A program made the translations under genes and the position numbers. From the NCBI RefSeq assembly GCF_009914755.1, contig NC_060938.1: a DNA stretch of 64,000 nucleotides; one strand, written 5' to 3'. Of this stretch, positions 15,172 through 35,351 are shown piece by piece (within the stretch, counting starts at the first letter, position 1; each line of letters starts with the position of its first letter). The notes under the pieces were generated by a model. It searched no databases and was not told the origin of the DNA. It saw only the letters and a program-made list of their open reading frames with translations. The DNA is from the human T2T-CHM13v2.0 reference genome, Homo sapiens.

Positions 15172-16442
15172 TGAAGATACTGATACTAAACTTTGCCAAT
15201 CATCTTGCAACTTGCAGCCATACACATAGGTACCCATTCCTAGGGATCAGCTCTTCATATCTGGGCCATGGGAGCTGTGAAATTAGATTGCGAGTCACAT
15301 TAGCACCACGTCAATCCTCTCCACCCCAACCACCATTAGCACATCTTCTCTAAGTGAAGTCAGCATTATTCACATAAAATGTTATCCATTGACTACTGGT
15401 GCACAGTGTGATTGGGGTTTATGAGTTACTCGGGGTGATTATATGATGAAGACTCAATTCTTAGTGGGGGCGCTGGAGACCTTGCACCCTCTGTCCCCCA
15501 GCTCACTTCATATCACCCTCTTTTCCTCTGCACTGGCATCTGTCCCTTCCCCAAATCTCTGCGTGCTCCCTCCAGCCCAAGAGCCTTGCTCATTCTGCTC
15601 AGCCCTAACTGAAATGCTCTTACCCTTCTAGCTCATTCATTCCTACCTTTTGTCAAATACCAGCTTGGGGAAATTTTGCTTGATTCCCAGGCTAGATCAG
15701 AACTGCAATTTCAAATAGTTTCATAGCACCTCATGCCCTTCCTTTATACCCATTAACACAGACTGAAAATTTACATTTATCTATGTGGTTATTTGGTTAA
15801 CATTTGTCTCTGTGACTGGACCATCCATTCTATAATGTCAGGGATTGCCAATGTTTTGCTCACCATTGTATTCTCAGCTCCTTGCACAGTAGCAAAGAGC
15901 CTACCACAGAGTAGAAATTCAATAAATATTCATTGGCTGAATGAATAAATGGATGGATGGATGGAACACAGTGCCTGCCTTCTAGGAATGTAAAATCCAA
16001 GCCAATTATTATTCTGACGATGGAATACAAATGACAAAATAAATATTCAGTTAACATATAAAAAGTAAGAATCAATCAGATATTTTAAGAGCAGGAATCA
16101 AGGGAAGGCATGTATTCTTGTGAAGATGGTAGAGATTAGGGATAGAGTCCCAAGTGGGGCTGGAAGAGGCGAGGGCAGGGAACTGTGTCTCCTCAGTCAC
16201 AGTGTTATCTAGCTTTTAGTCTGTGTCTAGCTGTCACCTATTAGACAGAGGGAAAGACCAGGATCAAAGTAAAAGCAAGTTGGAATCCTGCACAAGGCCC
16301 TGTAGAAATAGATTAGCCCCAGTCCACCCTCATCGCCTATTTTCTATTACTCCAAATCCTGCTTCCATGGTAATGGAAGCTGGTTGGCCTGCCTTGCTGG
16401 TGGTTCATGCCTCTACACCCTACAAACACGAACACAACCTAC

Positions 16443-17728
<1,286 letters not shown>

Positions 17729-18243
17729 ATCATTGAGAGAAGATGACAGAGACCAGATATCTACTTACATCGTGCCCAAAACCCCCAGTGGTGACTCATG
17801 GTGGACAGTTAAAAGGCTGTCCAGATAGGCCATTCACTAACCCATGAGTGAGGGCAGAGACTATCTGTGTCTTGTTTACTGCTATATTCCTAGTGCCCAG
17901 CAGAGCAGATATGTGATATTTATAGGTTTGATAAATGAATTAATTAATCATAAATATAAATAATTCATTCATTCATATATTCTCAAGCCTTGTCTACTTC
18001 AGGTTGAGAATTTTGAGTTTGGACTGTGACTAAATTACCTATGGCTCCCTCAAAGGTTTGTGTCTCATTGTTTATCCCCAGGGGGTGGGGGAACAAGTCC
18101 ATAAGAGCCCTAAATGCCCAGGAAGCAGGACTGACTGGGATGATCTGGTGGCCTCAGGAAGGTCACTGCACTACTATAATGGGGAACTAGTTCTGTCTGG
18201 GTCTAAAACCTGGGGCTGAAGGCAAGATGTCACGGAATTGTGA

Positions 18244-18685
<442 letters not shown>

Positions 18686-20709
18686 CTCTATTACTCCTTC
18701 TTCTGACAAAGCATCTGCATTTCCTTTCTATGTGTAGAGCTGTCAATCAAGGTGTCTTCTCTGCCTTATCTGGCCAAGATACAACAAAACACCCAGACTG
18801 GGCCAATCAGACTACTGGGAATCTCGCTTTGGAGCAGAGCAAAGAAAAGACCCAGAAGATGTTTGGAGCCCCTCTACTCTAACTGTGAAGCCCTGGCCAG
18901 AGAGAGAATTCCTGTGGTGGAGAATTGTCCTGGCTTCTGCCTTGTTCTGGGCCTTGTTCTCTGGGCTTCTTTTGAATTCTGTGAGCCACATACATCCTTC
19001 CAATACATTCATTTACTGCTGATGTCAACCAGAGTAAGCTTCTATTGTGAAACCAAAAAAATGGTGACTCATTGTACCTGGGTTTCCCAGAGAGGGGGCG
19101 AGGGGGCAGGGCACTGCATCCTAATTCTCAGGGGCTAACAGGAGTAGACTGCTTTCTGAGAGGGTTTGAGGGTGTTCTGTGCTCCACCAGAAACTGGGCA
19201 TGCAGCCAGAACCACACCAGCCTCTGGATTGCCCAACCTGGATACTACCCATTACTGCTTCTGGAAGGAACCCCAGGCTCTAATTTGAAAACCATCACTG
19301 GGAGTTGCAACTCAGCCTCCAGGCTTCACTCCCCATCCTCTTCAGTCCATTCTATGAGGAGCTCAGCCCATCAGCTAAAAGGCAATATTCAAAATCCAGG
19401 CCAGGCACTGGCAGTCAGAATGGGGTCGGAGCTGGAGCAGGGTGAAGGCATGCGTCTGCGTTGTTGCATGGAGGGGCACTAGGGTAGGGGCTATCAGTCA
19501 GCCAGATGTACATATTTTAATATTTCAACAGCCAGTTCAACTGCACCGGTGCGCACCATCTCGCTATCAGCTTAGCACCTACAGGACTGTGGGGGTCTTG
19601 GAGGGAGGGACTCTCCAGTGTGTTCTTGTAATTCTCCTCGCCTCTCCCTCTTCTTCCCCACCTGTCTCTGCCTCGCCAGAGGTTTGCACAGAGCAGATGA
19701 TTAACATATTTGTAAATAAAAATCCCAAGATAGAAGAAAGAAAATGAAGAGGAAGAGAATGGGTGCAAGGAGGGGAAGGAAGATTAAAAAGTTGGGTCTG
19801 TTCTAAAAAAAAAATCACACCATGGACCATTCCTCCTGCCGCCTCACTCCCCCACCCCAAAGTGTTCATCTACATATGCTCATTTAAAATAAGCATTAGG
19901 GGCACCCTTGAAAGAAAAGAAAAGTGCAAAATAAAGGTGATGTATGAAAGAGTGAGGGGTCATCTTGCTAGGGGCAGGGATGATACTGGCTGCCATTTAT
20001 GATCTCATTTTCTGTTCACTCTATTATTTTAGGAAAGATTATTATCCCCATTTTACAGATAAAGAAAGACTCCGAAGAGGCTAAATGGTTTGCCCAAGGT
20101 CACACAGTTAAACGTGGAGATGGGACTCAACCTCTCTTTGGCTGCTTGCAAAGTTGGAGCTATATATAGCAAGCGCAAGCGCACCTGGGGAACTCCCCAC
20201 ATTCCAGGATTACAGCCAGGACCATTGGGACAGCGGTCCCGGGTTGGTGCTGCCACCTAGTGACAGAGAACTGCAGAGATCAACTTTCCTCCCTCTCCTC
20301 CGTTCCCCCTCCCTCCTGCATCCTCCTTTCCCAGCTTGAGAGAGTCCTGAACCATGGCAGCCAACCATCACTTGTTTGGGCAGAAGCTTGAATACAGAGA
20401 ATTGACCTCTAGATGCAAGCTGGCGCCTCATTCAGCTTCCTCACTCTATCCTAGGGCATAGCTCTGAAGAGATGTTTGGGTGAGTGACCAGGAATGCAAA
20501 TCTGCACAGATTTGGGCATCAACCTGGTTTCCAAACACAAGCTCTGCAGATATTTTACTGTGAAACTCCGGGTAGCCGTGAACAGGATGTTGGCTACATC
20601 CTGTTTTAGGGTGATAACTACGTTGTACCTGCACAGTCCCAATCATTGAATACCTGCTAGCTCCCCGGTAACATGTTAATAGCAGCCTCTCATTTCCTTT
20701 TTGCCCTAT

Positions 20710-21152
20710 CTTTTTTCCTTTTATTTTAGATTCAGGGGTACATGTGCAGGCTTGTTACATAGGTAAATTGCATGTCACGGGGGTTTGGTGTATAGATTAT
20801 TTCATCACCCGGGTAATACACGTAGTACCTAATACCTGATAGGTAGTTTTTCAGTCTTCACCCTCTTCCTGCCCTCCACCCTCGAGTAGGCTCCAGTGTC
20901 TGTTTGTCTTATCTTTGTGTCCTTAGCTCCCACTTACAAGTGAGAATATGCAGTATTTGTTTTTCCATTTCTGTGTTAGTTCGCTCAGGGTAATGGTCTC
21001 CAGCTCCATCCATGTTGCTGCAAAGGACATGATCTTGTTCCTTTTTATGGCAGCATAGTATTCCATGGTGTATATGTACCACATTTTCTTTATTCAGTCT
21101 ATAGCTGATGGGAACTTAGATGGGTTCCGTCTCTTTGCTATTGTGAATAGTG
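20710..21152 (-). mobile_element. L1 3' end fragment (L1PB/L1PA-like)
   Basis: ttttagattcagggggtacatgtgcagg...gtattccatggtgtatatgtaccacattttc. Confidence 0.85.
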
Positions 21153-21947
21153 TCTAATTTTATGTGAAGCCCAAACACCAACACATGTTGCCCAAGCTCA
21201 CTGAGCAAGGCCTTCAGCCCTGATCTTCAGACTCCAAGTGCAGTGCCCTTCCTACTCCGCTGCCCTGTGCTGTGCCCCGCTCCCCCACAATTCAACTCAC
21301 CCTGTGAAACCTTGTTTTTGTCAGCCTAGTCATCCAGACATGATGACTCAAGGGTCGCTGTGGAACAGGCTGTCAGGGGAGGACCTGTGTCAGCACAGTG
21401 GCTTTCTTGACCTTTATGGCAGTGGGGAGTTACCTCAGTCTAAAACGTGTGGCTGCCAAGTGACTTCAGTCTCAACTGAAGCACGGACATGATCGATGGG
21501 CAGATAAGGAAAGCCATTCCCACTCCCTGAGCTTTCCACACCTCCTTCAGCGTCTTCTCTCTTCTCCTAAGTCCAAGATCACCTGGAACATAGAAGCCAC
21601 GGGTTAAAATTTTTCATTCAGACCTGGCTCTCAGAATCTTGTTGCAAATGGAGAATAAAGGGTCACCTCTAGAAGGCAAAGTGGTCTCACCAAATATGTG
21701 CCTCACTGTGTCCACAATTAATCTAGTAATGTCTCTGTCTAGTCCTGCATAATTTGTGTCAGGAAATCCACTTTAGTTACCCATAGTGATGAAATAAACA
21801 CAACAGTCAGATCTGCACCTAGCACAGTGTATATAGTCAGGGCAGATACTAGGTGACAAGCTCGAAGTAGATTTTTAAACCTGAAATGTATAGATTATCC
21901 ATCTAAACCGTGATTTATTTCATCTGGGGGTCATTGGGCTGCTTTGA

Positions 21948-22327
<380 letters not shown>

Positions 22328-22794
22328 AAAACACATGTGTATTAATCAATTTGGATGATATGATTTCAGGGGTTTGCAGGATTCTGAAACCCATTCGTAG
22401 ACCCTTAGATAAAAACTCTTCATCAGTCAACACAGCAGTCACCCAAGACTCAAGAAACAGAGCTGCTGGTAGCAAGCATGGCCCAGGACATCGGCATTGG
22501 ATTGGAGTGCAGAAGCTCCCAGGTCGCCACAGTGTGGTGAGCCAGGAGGGCCTCACACTCCCAGGAGAAAGCCTACTCCACGTGAGGCAGAATCTTTGAC
22601 TCGGGCCGTTTCCATCTGTCCACTCTGACACAATGTGTCATTAATGGTGAGCAGGAAGGAGTGGAGACGAAGGATGCAAAGAGGTTCGGGAACTGGATGA
22701 AGATTTATGTTATGTACATTACTTGATAACATTTTTTAAAAGGTTGAAAGCTTAATAGATTTTTTAAATGATGTACTCTAAAGATGTCCTTCTG

Positions 22795-23085
22795 ATTATA
22801 GGTGCGGTTGCTCACACCTGTAATCCTAGCACATTGCGAAGCCAAGGTGGTTGGATTGTTTTGAGTTCAGGAATTGGAAACCAGCCTGGGCAACATAGTG
22901 AGACTCCGTCTTTACAAGAAGAAAGTTAAAAAAAATTAGCTGTATGTGGTGCATTCTTATAGTCCTAGCTACTCAGGAGGCTAAATTGGGAGGATTTCTT
23001 GAGCTCAGGAGTTCAAGGCTGCAGTGAGCTATGATGATACCACTGCACTCCAGCACAGGTGACAGAGCAAGATCCTGCCTCTTTA
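22795..23085 (+). mobile_element. Alu (AluJ-like)
   Basis: Diverged sense Alu dimer. Confidence 0.8.
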
Positions 23086-23489
23086 ATAAATGCTTGAAAC
23101 GCTTCAACAGCAAACAAATAAATAAAAATGTCTGTTTAATAAACGCTTTCATGCTAAAGTAGCCACGTGTCCTCTGAGGGCCGCAAATGCAGGATTAGGC
23201 AAACCTGTGTGAGATGACTGGCAGCCAGGGAATATGATCCTCAGGACATATGAACCTTTCTGCCTGCTTTCCCAAAACAAATAACCTCTTTTATACCTTG
23301 ACTGATGACTGAAATCCTATTCTTAGAACTTTGTTCCTATGATGTAAGGTATTTATCACCCACCAGGTGCCTGCAAGTGCCTTGGTTTGGATTCTAAGTT
23401 GAAATGAGCCCTATTCCTTTGCAGCTCTTAGGAATCAGCTTGCCTCCCCTGATGCTTCTCTTGCACCTGCTGTCCATTCCATTTGCTTA

Positions 23490-24930
<1,441 letters not shown>

Positions 24931-24966
24931 ATATGTTTTTATTAACATTTATGTGTTTATTTTTGA

Positions 24967-25602
<636 letters not shown>

Positions 25603-26271
25603 TAAGTACTTTTGTGTTTGTTGTGGTTATCTGATTCACAGGCAGAGCTGAGCCATACTAACACATGACATTAGGTGACACACAGCCGTTGCCATCGCGT
25701 GAGCCCAGTGACTGTTTTCTGTCTGGGGTTATACCCACTCCTCTAGCTCAGCATCACCACCCACAGGCTACCACCACTGCTTCTGCTGCATCTATAAACT
25801 ATCTGTACTATTTTTTACTCAGCTTTTAAAATGGACTCATTTTTATGACTTGAATACATGCATTTCAAAAGGATACTAGGAGCTAAGGAAGACCAACAGA
25901 CAGGTGTGACAAGCAGGACAAACCTGGCCCCCAAGAAATGGCCGCGTGCAGAGGTCGAAGGCAGAGGCCTGAAGGGAGAGGAAGGCAGGAGCCGCCCACT
26001 GGGTGAGGGAGTCCCGGTCCCAAGGGGCTGAGCAGAGGGAAGGAGGAAGGGGGAGTAGGTGAGGTCCTAGGACTCTGGGAATCTCATGGGACTTCCAGGC
26101 CTGGGGAGACTGGGAGTGGAGAGTGGGGTGAGGGAGCTAATTGTGACGTGTTTTTGGTGCGTGTGGGGTTCAGGTGAGGCGAGGATGTGACTGAGACAGA
26201 GGGCACAGCCTCAGGGCAGAACCAGGGGAACCAGAGGAGGTGTGGGGGAACAAAAGTGGGATGCAGTTTAG

Positions 26272-26920
<649 letters not shown>

Positions 26921-29199
26921 AAAGAGTGAAGGGGAGCAGGGCTGGGGGCAGGCCCGTGACAAAGTGGAGACTCTGGTGGGTGAGGGTGTCGAGGAGGGAC
27001 CGCCCTGTGTGAGCCAGAAACGGGTTTGGAGGGAAGGGGAGTGAGGAACGGAGTGGGTGCTGGTTGGGTGTCCCACCACCCCAGGCAGGGCTGGCTGGGG
27101 ACTGGACAGTGAGTATGATGGTCTCTGCTGGCAGCTTCTCTGTCGCCCACATGCCACCTGAAGTCATCTATGTATACACTCCTGCTCTAAAGCAAGGAAC
27201 ATCAGTCCACCTAGGACTTTGGAGGTCAGAAAGACAGAAACATATTCTACTACCCTATTGGGGAGATAGAGTTCCTGGGAGCCTTGGTGACTAAGAAGCA
27301 TGTTAAGGAATGAAAAAAAACTCAAGGAAGACCAGAAAGGCAAACTGTCATACAGAGATCTGTAAAAGCAAGAAATAACCGCGAAGACACAATGCTGGGT
27401 TTTGGATTTTAGAGTCGTCTGCAGAATCACATCGATTATGGTGCACGAGAAATTGCACAGACACAGGAAGCCCTCTAAGGTGGTGGTGCTCCCGAGTCAC
27501 TACTCTGGCCAATGGGATGGGCCTTATTCAGGTGGATGGGGCTTTCAAGCACTGAGAGGGTAGGGAGTTAGGTTCTCTGTTTCTAAAGGCACTTGGGGCG
27601 GGTGGAAGGCATTGATTGTTTATCTGCCTGGTTAGTTGCCCCTCTCCTTCTGGGAACTGCCCCTCCTCCACTCCAATACGGATCCCCCTGGGGAGCTGCC
27701 CTGTTCTTATGCGGCCTTTGCCACCACGGTCATGGTTGATGAGGCTGGGAATGGGCATCTGGGAGTTTGTATTTAAGACACAAAGGGCAGCTTCTCTCGG
27801 GCAGCTGAAGCTGTCATGAGGTGTAATGCCAGGGCTGCTGGCTGCCATGTTTTCTGACAAATGGAGAAACTAGCCTTTAGGAAGAGAGAAAATGCAAGCT
27901 GGCCTGCAGGGAACATGGGAGAAGCCGAGCATCCTGAATGTGTTGCAGTCCTTGGTTCTCTCTGCTCTTCTGCTACTTGACCACCAACTCCTCTTGAGGT
28001 CTCTGAGAACCTCACCTCCCCCAGCCGCCGATGTTCTTCAGATGTACTATCTCTGAGCTTAGGCTGATGAAAGCTGAGCGTCTGTCATTTGCAATCAACT
28101 CAGCAGTGAAAAGAAAAAAAAAACCTGGGGGTACAGTCAGCACTTTCGGTTTTCTCATCTGAGACACTAGAACACACTTTCAGGGACTACTCGGGGCCCA
28201 GGGAGGCTGATGGCATCAGGGGGACTTCACACAACTACTGACTTAAGCTTAAAGGGAACCCATAACTATCTGGGTTTTATTTTGGAATTGTTTGTTTATT
28301 TCTAATTCTTCTGTTCACAGAATTCAGGGGAACCTGAGCCAAGTGTCCTACCTGTAACCTTGAGGAGGCACCATGCCAAGGAGTGAAAGATGAGGTGAGG
28401 AACTCAGGACGCCTTACTTTCCATAGAATTTGATGATTGGATTTTCATGGGAATTCACACTCTGAATTGGAAGTAGGTTCTCTGGCCTCTTGATCTTGTG
28501 GTGACAGAGGTCACTGTAGGGAAGGGGTAGAAGGAAGAATAAAGGAATGAGGAGGAAGAGAAGAGCAGGAGGCACGGGTACACAGGCACCTGTCCTTGAC
28601 AGCCTCGCTTCCCTCTGCGGAAGATCTCAATGTCGAAGCTGGGATTCTCCCTCCAGATGGCAGCTCCATCTGCCCAGCTGGTCACATCTGAAACCCAGGC
28701 AGGGCATTCTCCTGACCCCTCCCTCTCCATCCTCCTGCAATTCCAGTCTAGTCCACCCCCATCTACCCCTGCTCACTTCTCTCCATTGTCTTGCCATTGC
28801 CCTCATTCAGTTCACAAATTCCATTCTCACCTGAGTGACCATAGCAGCCTCCTAAGAGGGCCATCCCCACCCAAACTGGATTTGCCACAAGCCCAGCTGG
28901 AGCAGTCTGTACAGGAGACAAATCTGACAATGTCCTTCATCTGCTTAAAACCTCCCAACGGCTCCCCTTTGCTCCCAGGATAAAGTTAACAAACAAAAAC
29001 AGAAAAGCCCTCAATAAGGCCCGTGCAATCTGGCTGCTGCCTCTCTCTCCAACCACGTTGGCTTTGCTTCTCACCCTCACTCTGCTCCAGCCTCATTGGC
29101 TTTGTGGCTTAAAAGGGCCCTGCTCCCTCCTGGTTCAGGGCCTTGCACATTCTGTTCCCTCTTCCTGGAAAGCCCTTCCCCCCTCTTTCACCAAGTTAA

Positions 29200-29563
<364 letters not shown>

Positions 29564-31340
29564 TAAATTCTTACAAATAACCCTCATAGCACTTATAATT
29601 TTACTTATGTGTGTATGTAAGTGTTTGATTGATGTTTGTCCTCTCAAGGACACTGTAAGCTCCATGAAGGTAGGGAGGGACCACGTTTGTTTTGCTCACT
29701 CCTAGGATCTTCAGCACCTGCCACAGGGCCTGGCTAAGTCTCATCTATCCCTCAAGATCCCGACCTAGCATCTCTCTGAGAAGCCCCCCTTGACTCTAAG
29801 CTTTGGGAGTCCCATGAACCAGCATGGACCACACATTTATTGTACCACCTGGCAATGATCTGCTCACATAACTGTCTCACCACTACTTTGTGGATTCTTG
29901 GAGGGCAAGAGCCTCATCTTTGTTGAATTTGTTTCCTTTACACCCAGCACAGTGCCTGGCCTGCAGGAGATCAATGGTGGGTAAATGAATGACTCTGTTA
30001 AGACAGTCCCCTGGGCCCAGGTATTATACCCTGTACATCAAGGGGCTGGCTGAGATGACTTTGTGTGTCCTTTCTCTGTCACTGTGGCTCCAGCATTGCA
30101 TAACCCTGCCCAGCCAGCACCCCTCTGCTTTGTCATGCCATGTGCCTTTAACTGTTGCCCTGGCAATCAACAAATCTTGCTGCTACCCCCGTTTCTCTAT
30201 TCCATTATGAAAAGGGAGCCTCACACCTCCGGGCTTTCTATAGATTATGCAAAAAGACAAGCCATTTTAATGTCTCCTTCCTCTTTGACTCATGTTTTTT
30301 AGTTAGCTCTTTCTCATATTTATGGGGCAACTTTTTTTTTTGGTTTTCTAATTATTAAGAAGCATTTAAAATATAGAACAGGTATGAAGAATAACACAGT
30401 GGCCACCCATGATCACACCCAAGGACATGCAGCTGAGGATACAAAATGTGACCCACGTACAGGGACCTTGTCTTTAGAGGAGGATTGATACCATCTGAGG
30501 CCTTTCCAGATGTACTCATGTACTTCCAGGGAACTGAAATGTCTATTTCAAACCATGTGTCCCGGGCAGAGCCCAGCATCTACATGTCCAGCTAGGAGGC
30601 CTTTCTTCTAGACTCTCGTCTGAGAAAAATGGATCTTCTTCTTCTCTGAATCCTCAGCAGCCCCTGAGCACATTCCCTTCTAGGACAGACTTGGAGACTC
30701 TGAGCTGGGAGGGCCCTGGAGGAGAAGAAATCTAGACTCCCCCATGGCACAGGAATGCCCTCCCAACTTTCCCACCCATGGGCTCTGTGAGGTGTGGCAG
30801 TGGGGCCCAAACACCACAGGGGACACATTCCAGAAAAGAGAAAGGAAGACACAATCAACCAAGGAGATATGAGCATCCGGAACAAGCTGGACATGTTTTT
30901 ATTTCTTGTGAGGCCACCTAGAAATAGGACTCATCTAGGAAATGCATCCAAAAAGTCAATGCAGTCAGGCCTTCATTTTCCTTCTGCGGGCCAGACGCGA
31001 CACTAGAGGTTGGGATTTGAAGATGAATAGGCCATCATTTCTAAGCTTGAGGAGCGCACACTGAGTCGTTAACTTGAAGAAGTAAACAAACATTTATGAA
31101 ACTGTGTGACAGGAGCTACCACAAAGCTGCACATGCAGGGATGGAAAGAAATCTCTGAGTCACACTTAGGGCATGGGGGAAGGCTTCCTGGAGGAGGGGA
31201 CGCTTGCCCTGCATTGTGAAGCACGCTTATGGGGAGCTGCAGGTGGCTCCACCTGTCTGGAGCAAAAGGTGGGGAGTGGACAGTGGTGGGAGATGTGGCC
31301 AGAACAACATCACAAAGACCTTGTGTGCAGAGCTGAGGAG

Positions 31341-31421
31341 TGCTTGCCTCTAGTGGCAGATTCCTGGTTTCCTCAGCCTTAACCTCTCACCCTCTCTAGG
31401 TTTCCTTCCTTGTTTTGGTGG
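31341..31421 (+). repeat. 81-bp dispersed direct repeat, second copy at 33727-33807
   Basis: Ungapped alignment, 74/81 identical by hand count. Confidence 0.9.
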
Positions 31422-32132
31422 CCACTGGAGGGTTCAAGGCAGGGAGTGACCTGAAGAGAACTGGAAAATCCTGTGAGGCGACATCCGGCTGAACTGGAAG
31501 GAGCGAGAACAACGAGGAGGCAGCCGTGGGTTGGAGGTGAGAAGCCAGGAGAGGCTGCAGCAGGGTGGTGGCAGTGAGAAAGGACAGGAGGGAAGACTGT
31601 AAGGAAAGAAGCATCTGTGACACTGAGAGTGAGTGAAGGGGGATCTGGGGAATCCTTAGTCTTCAGGCTTGGCTCACTGGGAGCTAGTGGTGCGCTTTGT
31701 CGACAGAGAGAACTCCAGAGAAGTAGACCTTGGCACAGGTCTTTGGATGATGGGACGGAAGTTGAGTTGTAAGTTGTAGGGATAAGAGCCCACAGACTCT
31801 ATAAGTATGAAAGACGTTAGAAGCAAAAAGAAGGCCAGGGAATGGTCAAACAAGACTAGGATGTGGGGAATAGGTCCTCTGACTACACACACAATTTCTC
31901 TGAGGAGACGCCCTAATGGACTTTGGAGGACATAGCTTGGCTGAAGAGGCATCCCTGAGGTTCCAGAGTTGAAGTCTTGGGTGTCCATCATAGCACCAAC
32001 AGTATAAACTCTAGGACAAGTTGACCACACTTTGAGACATCACCTATGGGCTCCAGTGAAACAGCTGGAGCTCGGTTAAATTTGATTCCATTTTTTAATT
32101 TTAGGATTTTTTTTAAGTTCAAAAAAATTAGT

Positions 32133-32490
<358 letters not shown>

Positions 32491-33188
32491 TCAGTTGTGT
32501 ACCCCCCTTTCCTGCGCTCCAGAGGCAAGTACTTCCAACTCTTCTCAATTCTTTTGGTACTTAACCACCATAGCTGTAAGTGCCACGGGTTTATTAACAC
32601 TTCCGGACTTTTTCCATGTTAGGCATTTGCATGCCATAGCCTTTTCTATACGGCAGACAAATCGCATGATTGGAGTCTAGATTCCTTCTCCTCCGGGGTC
32701 TGCTCAGAGATTCTCCAAGTTTGTCCTTGAAGGGAATGTGCTTCTGCCAAAACCCCAGGGAAGAAAACCAGCTCTCCTTGTTTTTAGTTTTTGGTTTTTG
32801 TTTCTGCTTTTGATAGAGACAGGGTCTAGCTATGTTCCCCAGCCTGGTCTCGAACTCCCGAGCTCAAGCAATCCACCATCGTCGGCATCCCAAAGGGCTG
32901 GGATTACAGGTGTGAGCCACCGTGCCCGGCCCCATTCTCCTTGTTTAACTGTTTACCCCACCCTCATCTCAACCCTGCACAGGTGCCCGCTTCCCACTCC
33001 CCCATCCTGCTAACTGTGTTATATCATAGCTTTAGATACATCAACTCCCAGTGTTCACTTTATTAGGATTGTGTTCATGCTATGCAAATCAAATCACTTA
33101 GGGTATATCATGATTATTTTTTCCTTTTCCTCCATAGTTTGTTTATTCCACTGGAGTTAATAATGCTTCCTTTTCCCCATTTACTTAG

Positions 33189-33656
<468 letters not shown>

Positions 33657-34702
33657 AGTACACTGCTTTTTATGCCTGGTAGATAGCTGTCTACCCAGGA
33701 GTTTCCTTTAGCTGGGTGATTCCCATTGTTTGCCTTTTGTGGCGGATTCCCGGTTTCCTCAGCCTTAACCTCTTCCCCTCTCTAGGTTTCCTTCCTTGTT
33801 TTGGTGGAGCACATCCTTCAGCAGCTTCCTGAGAGAGAAGATAAGGCAGTATCATTTGTTGTTTCACTCTCTTCTCAAACTGATTTTTTGGTAGTTTGGA
33901 TATAGCATTCTAGGTAAGAAACGGTTTTTCTTCAGAAGGCATTGTTCCACTGACTTCAAATTTCCAGGCTTGAGGCAACTGTGTTGATATTTTGTATCTG
34001 GTTTTTTTTTTTTAACTTTTTCTGATTTTTTAAAATCTCTGAAATCCTGTTGGATCTCCTCTTTGTCTCCAGTTTTGTAAAATTTCATGGTGATATGCAG
34101 TACAACTCAATTCTACAGATACGTATTGAGAGCGTGTGTTACATAGTTTATCTCACTAAACACTCCAAAATATACAAAAATATCCACAAGTCCTGAGACA
34201 GCTAGAAATCTGAGGGAAGTGGGGGAGATAAGGCAAACAGAATATTGATGAGCATGTAGTATCACACATATAAATTATGCATGTAAAACTTGTAAGGGCA
34301 ACATTTTCACAAATTCCAAGTGTTGATATTTTTAAGAAAGAATAATGCCGGCTCCCAACCTGATTCATTCTGTTAGAAATTTGGCCTTCCCCTGCACTCA
34401 ACAAACTCCTTACCTCTTAAATCTATAGCTCTGTTTGGCTAGTAGTAAGCTATAAATAAGAGGGTGATGTTTTGGCTTTGAATCCAGGAGTTGCTGATAG
34501 CCTCCAGTGGGCTGACTTAACTATCATTCTGCAAGAGGCCACACAAGCTTGAGTTCAATGCCAGAGGTTCGTTCCCTCAAGCTTCCTAAGGTGTCAGTTG
34601 GAATAGAGCCAGGAACCAGGAACCAGAGCCCCCTTTCAGGAAGCAATCCCTAAAATGTATTTCTCCTTACCCTTCAAAGTGTACCTATAGGTACTGATAG
34701 AT

Positions 34703-34768
34703 AGAACATCATAAAGATAGATATGCTACATAGTAAGAACATCATAAAGATAGATATGCTACATAGTA
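34703..34768. repeat. Perfect 33-bp tandem duplication
   Basis: agaacatcataaagatagatatgctacatagta x2. Confidence 0.95.
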
Positions 34769-34937
34769 AGCTGCTCAATACATGTTTTTTCAATGGGATG
34801 AATACAGAATATTTCTCTCTATGTAGTATCTACCCAATATTTATAGAGATGACCCCAACACCCTACCCCCCACATTAGGAATCAGCCAAGAGTCATCCCT
34901 ACCCTGGTGGCTCCCAGAATATGATCATTATTATTGA

Positions 34938-35351
<414 letters not shown>

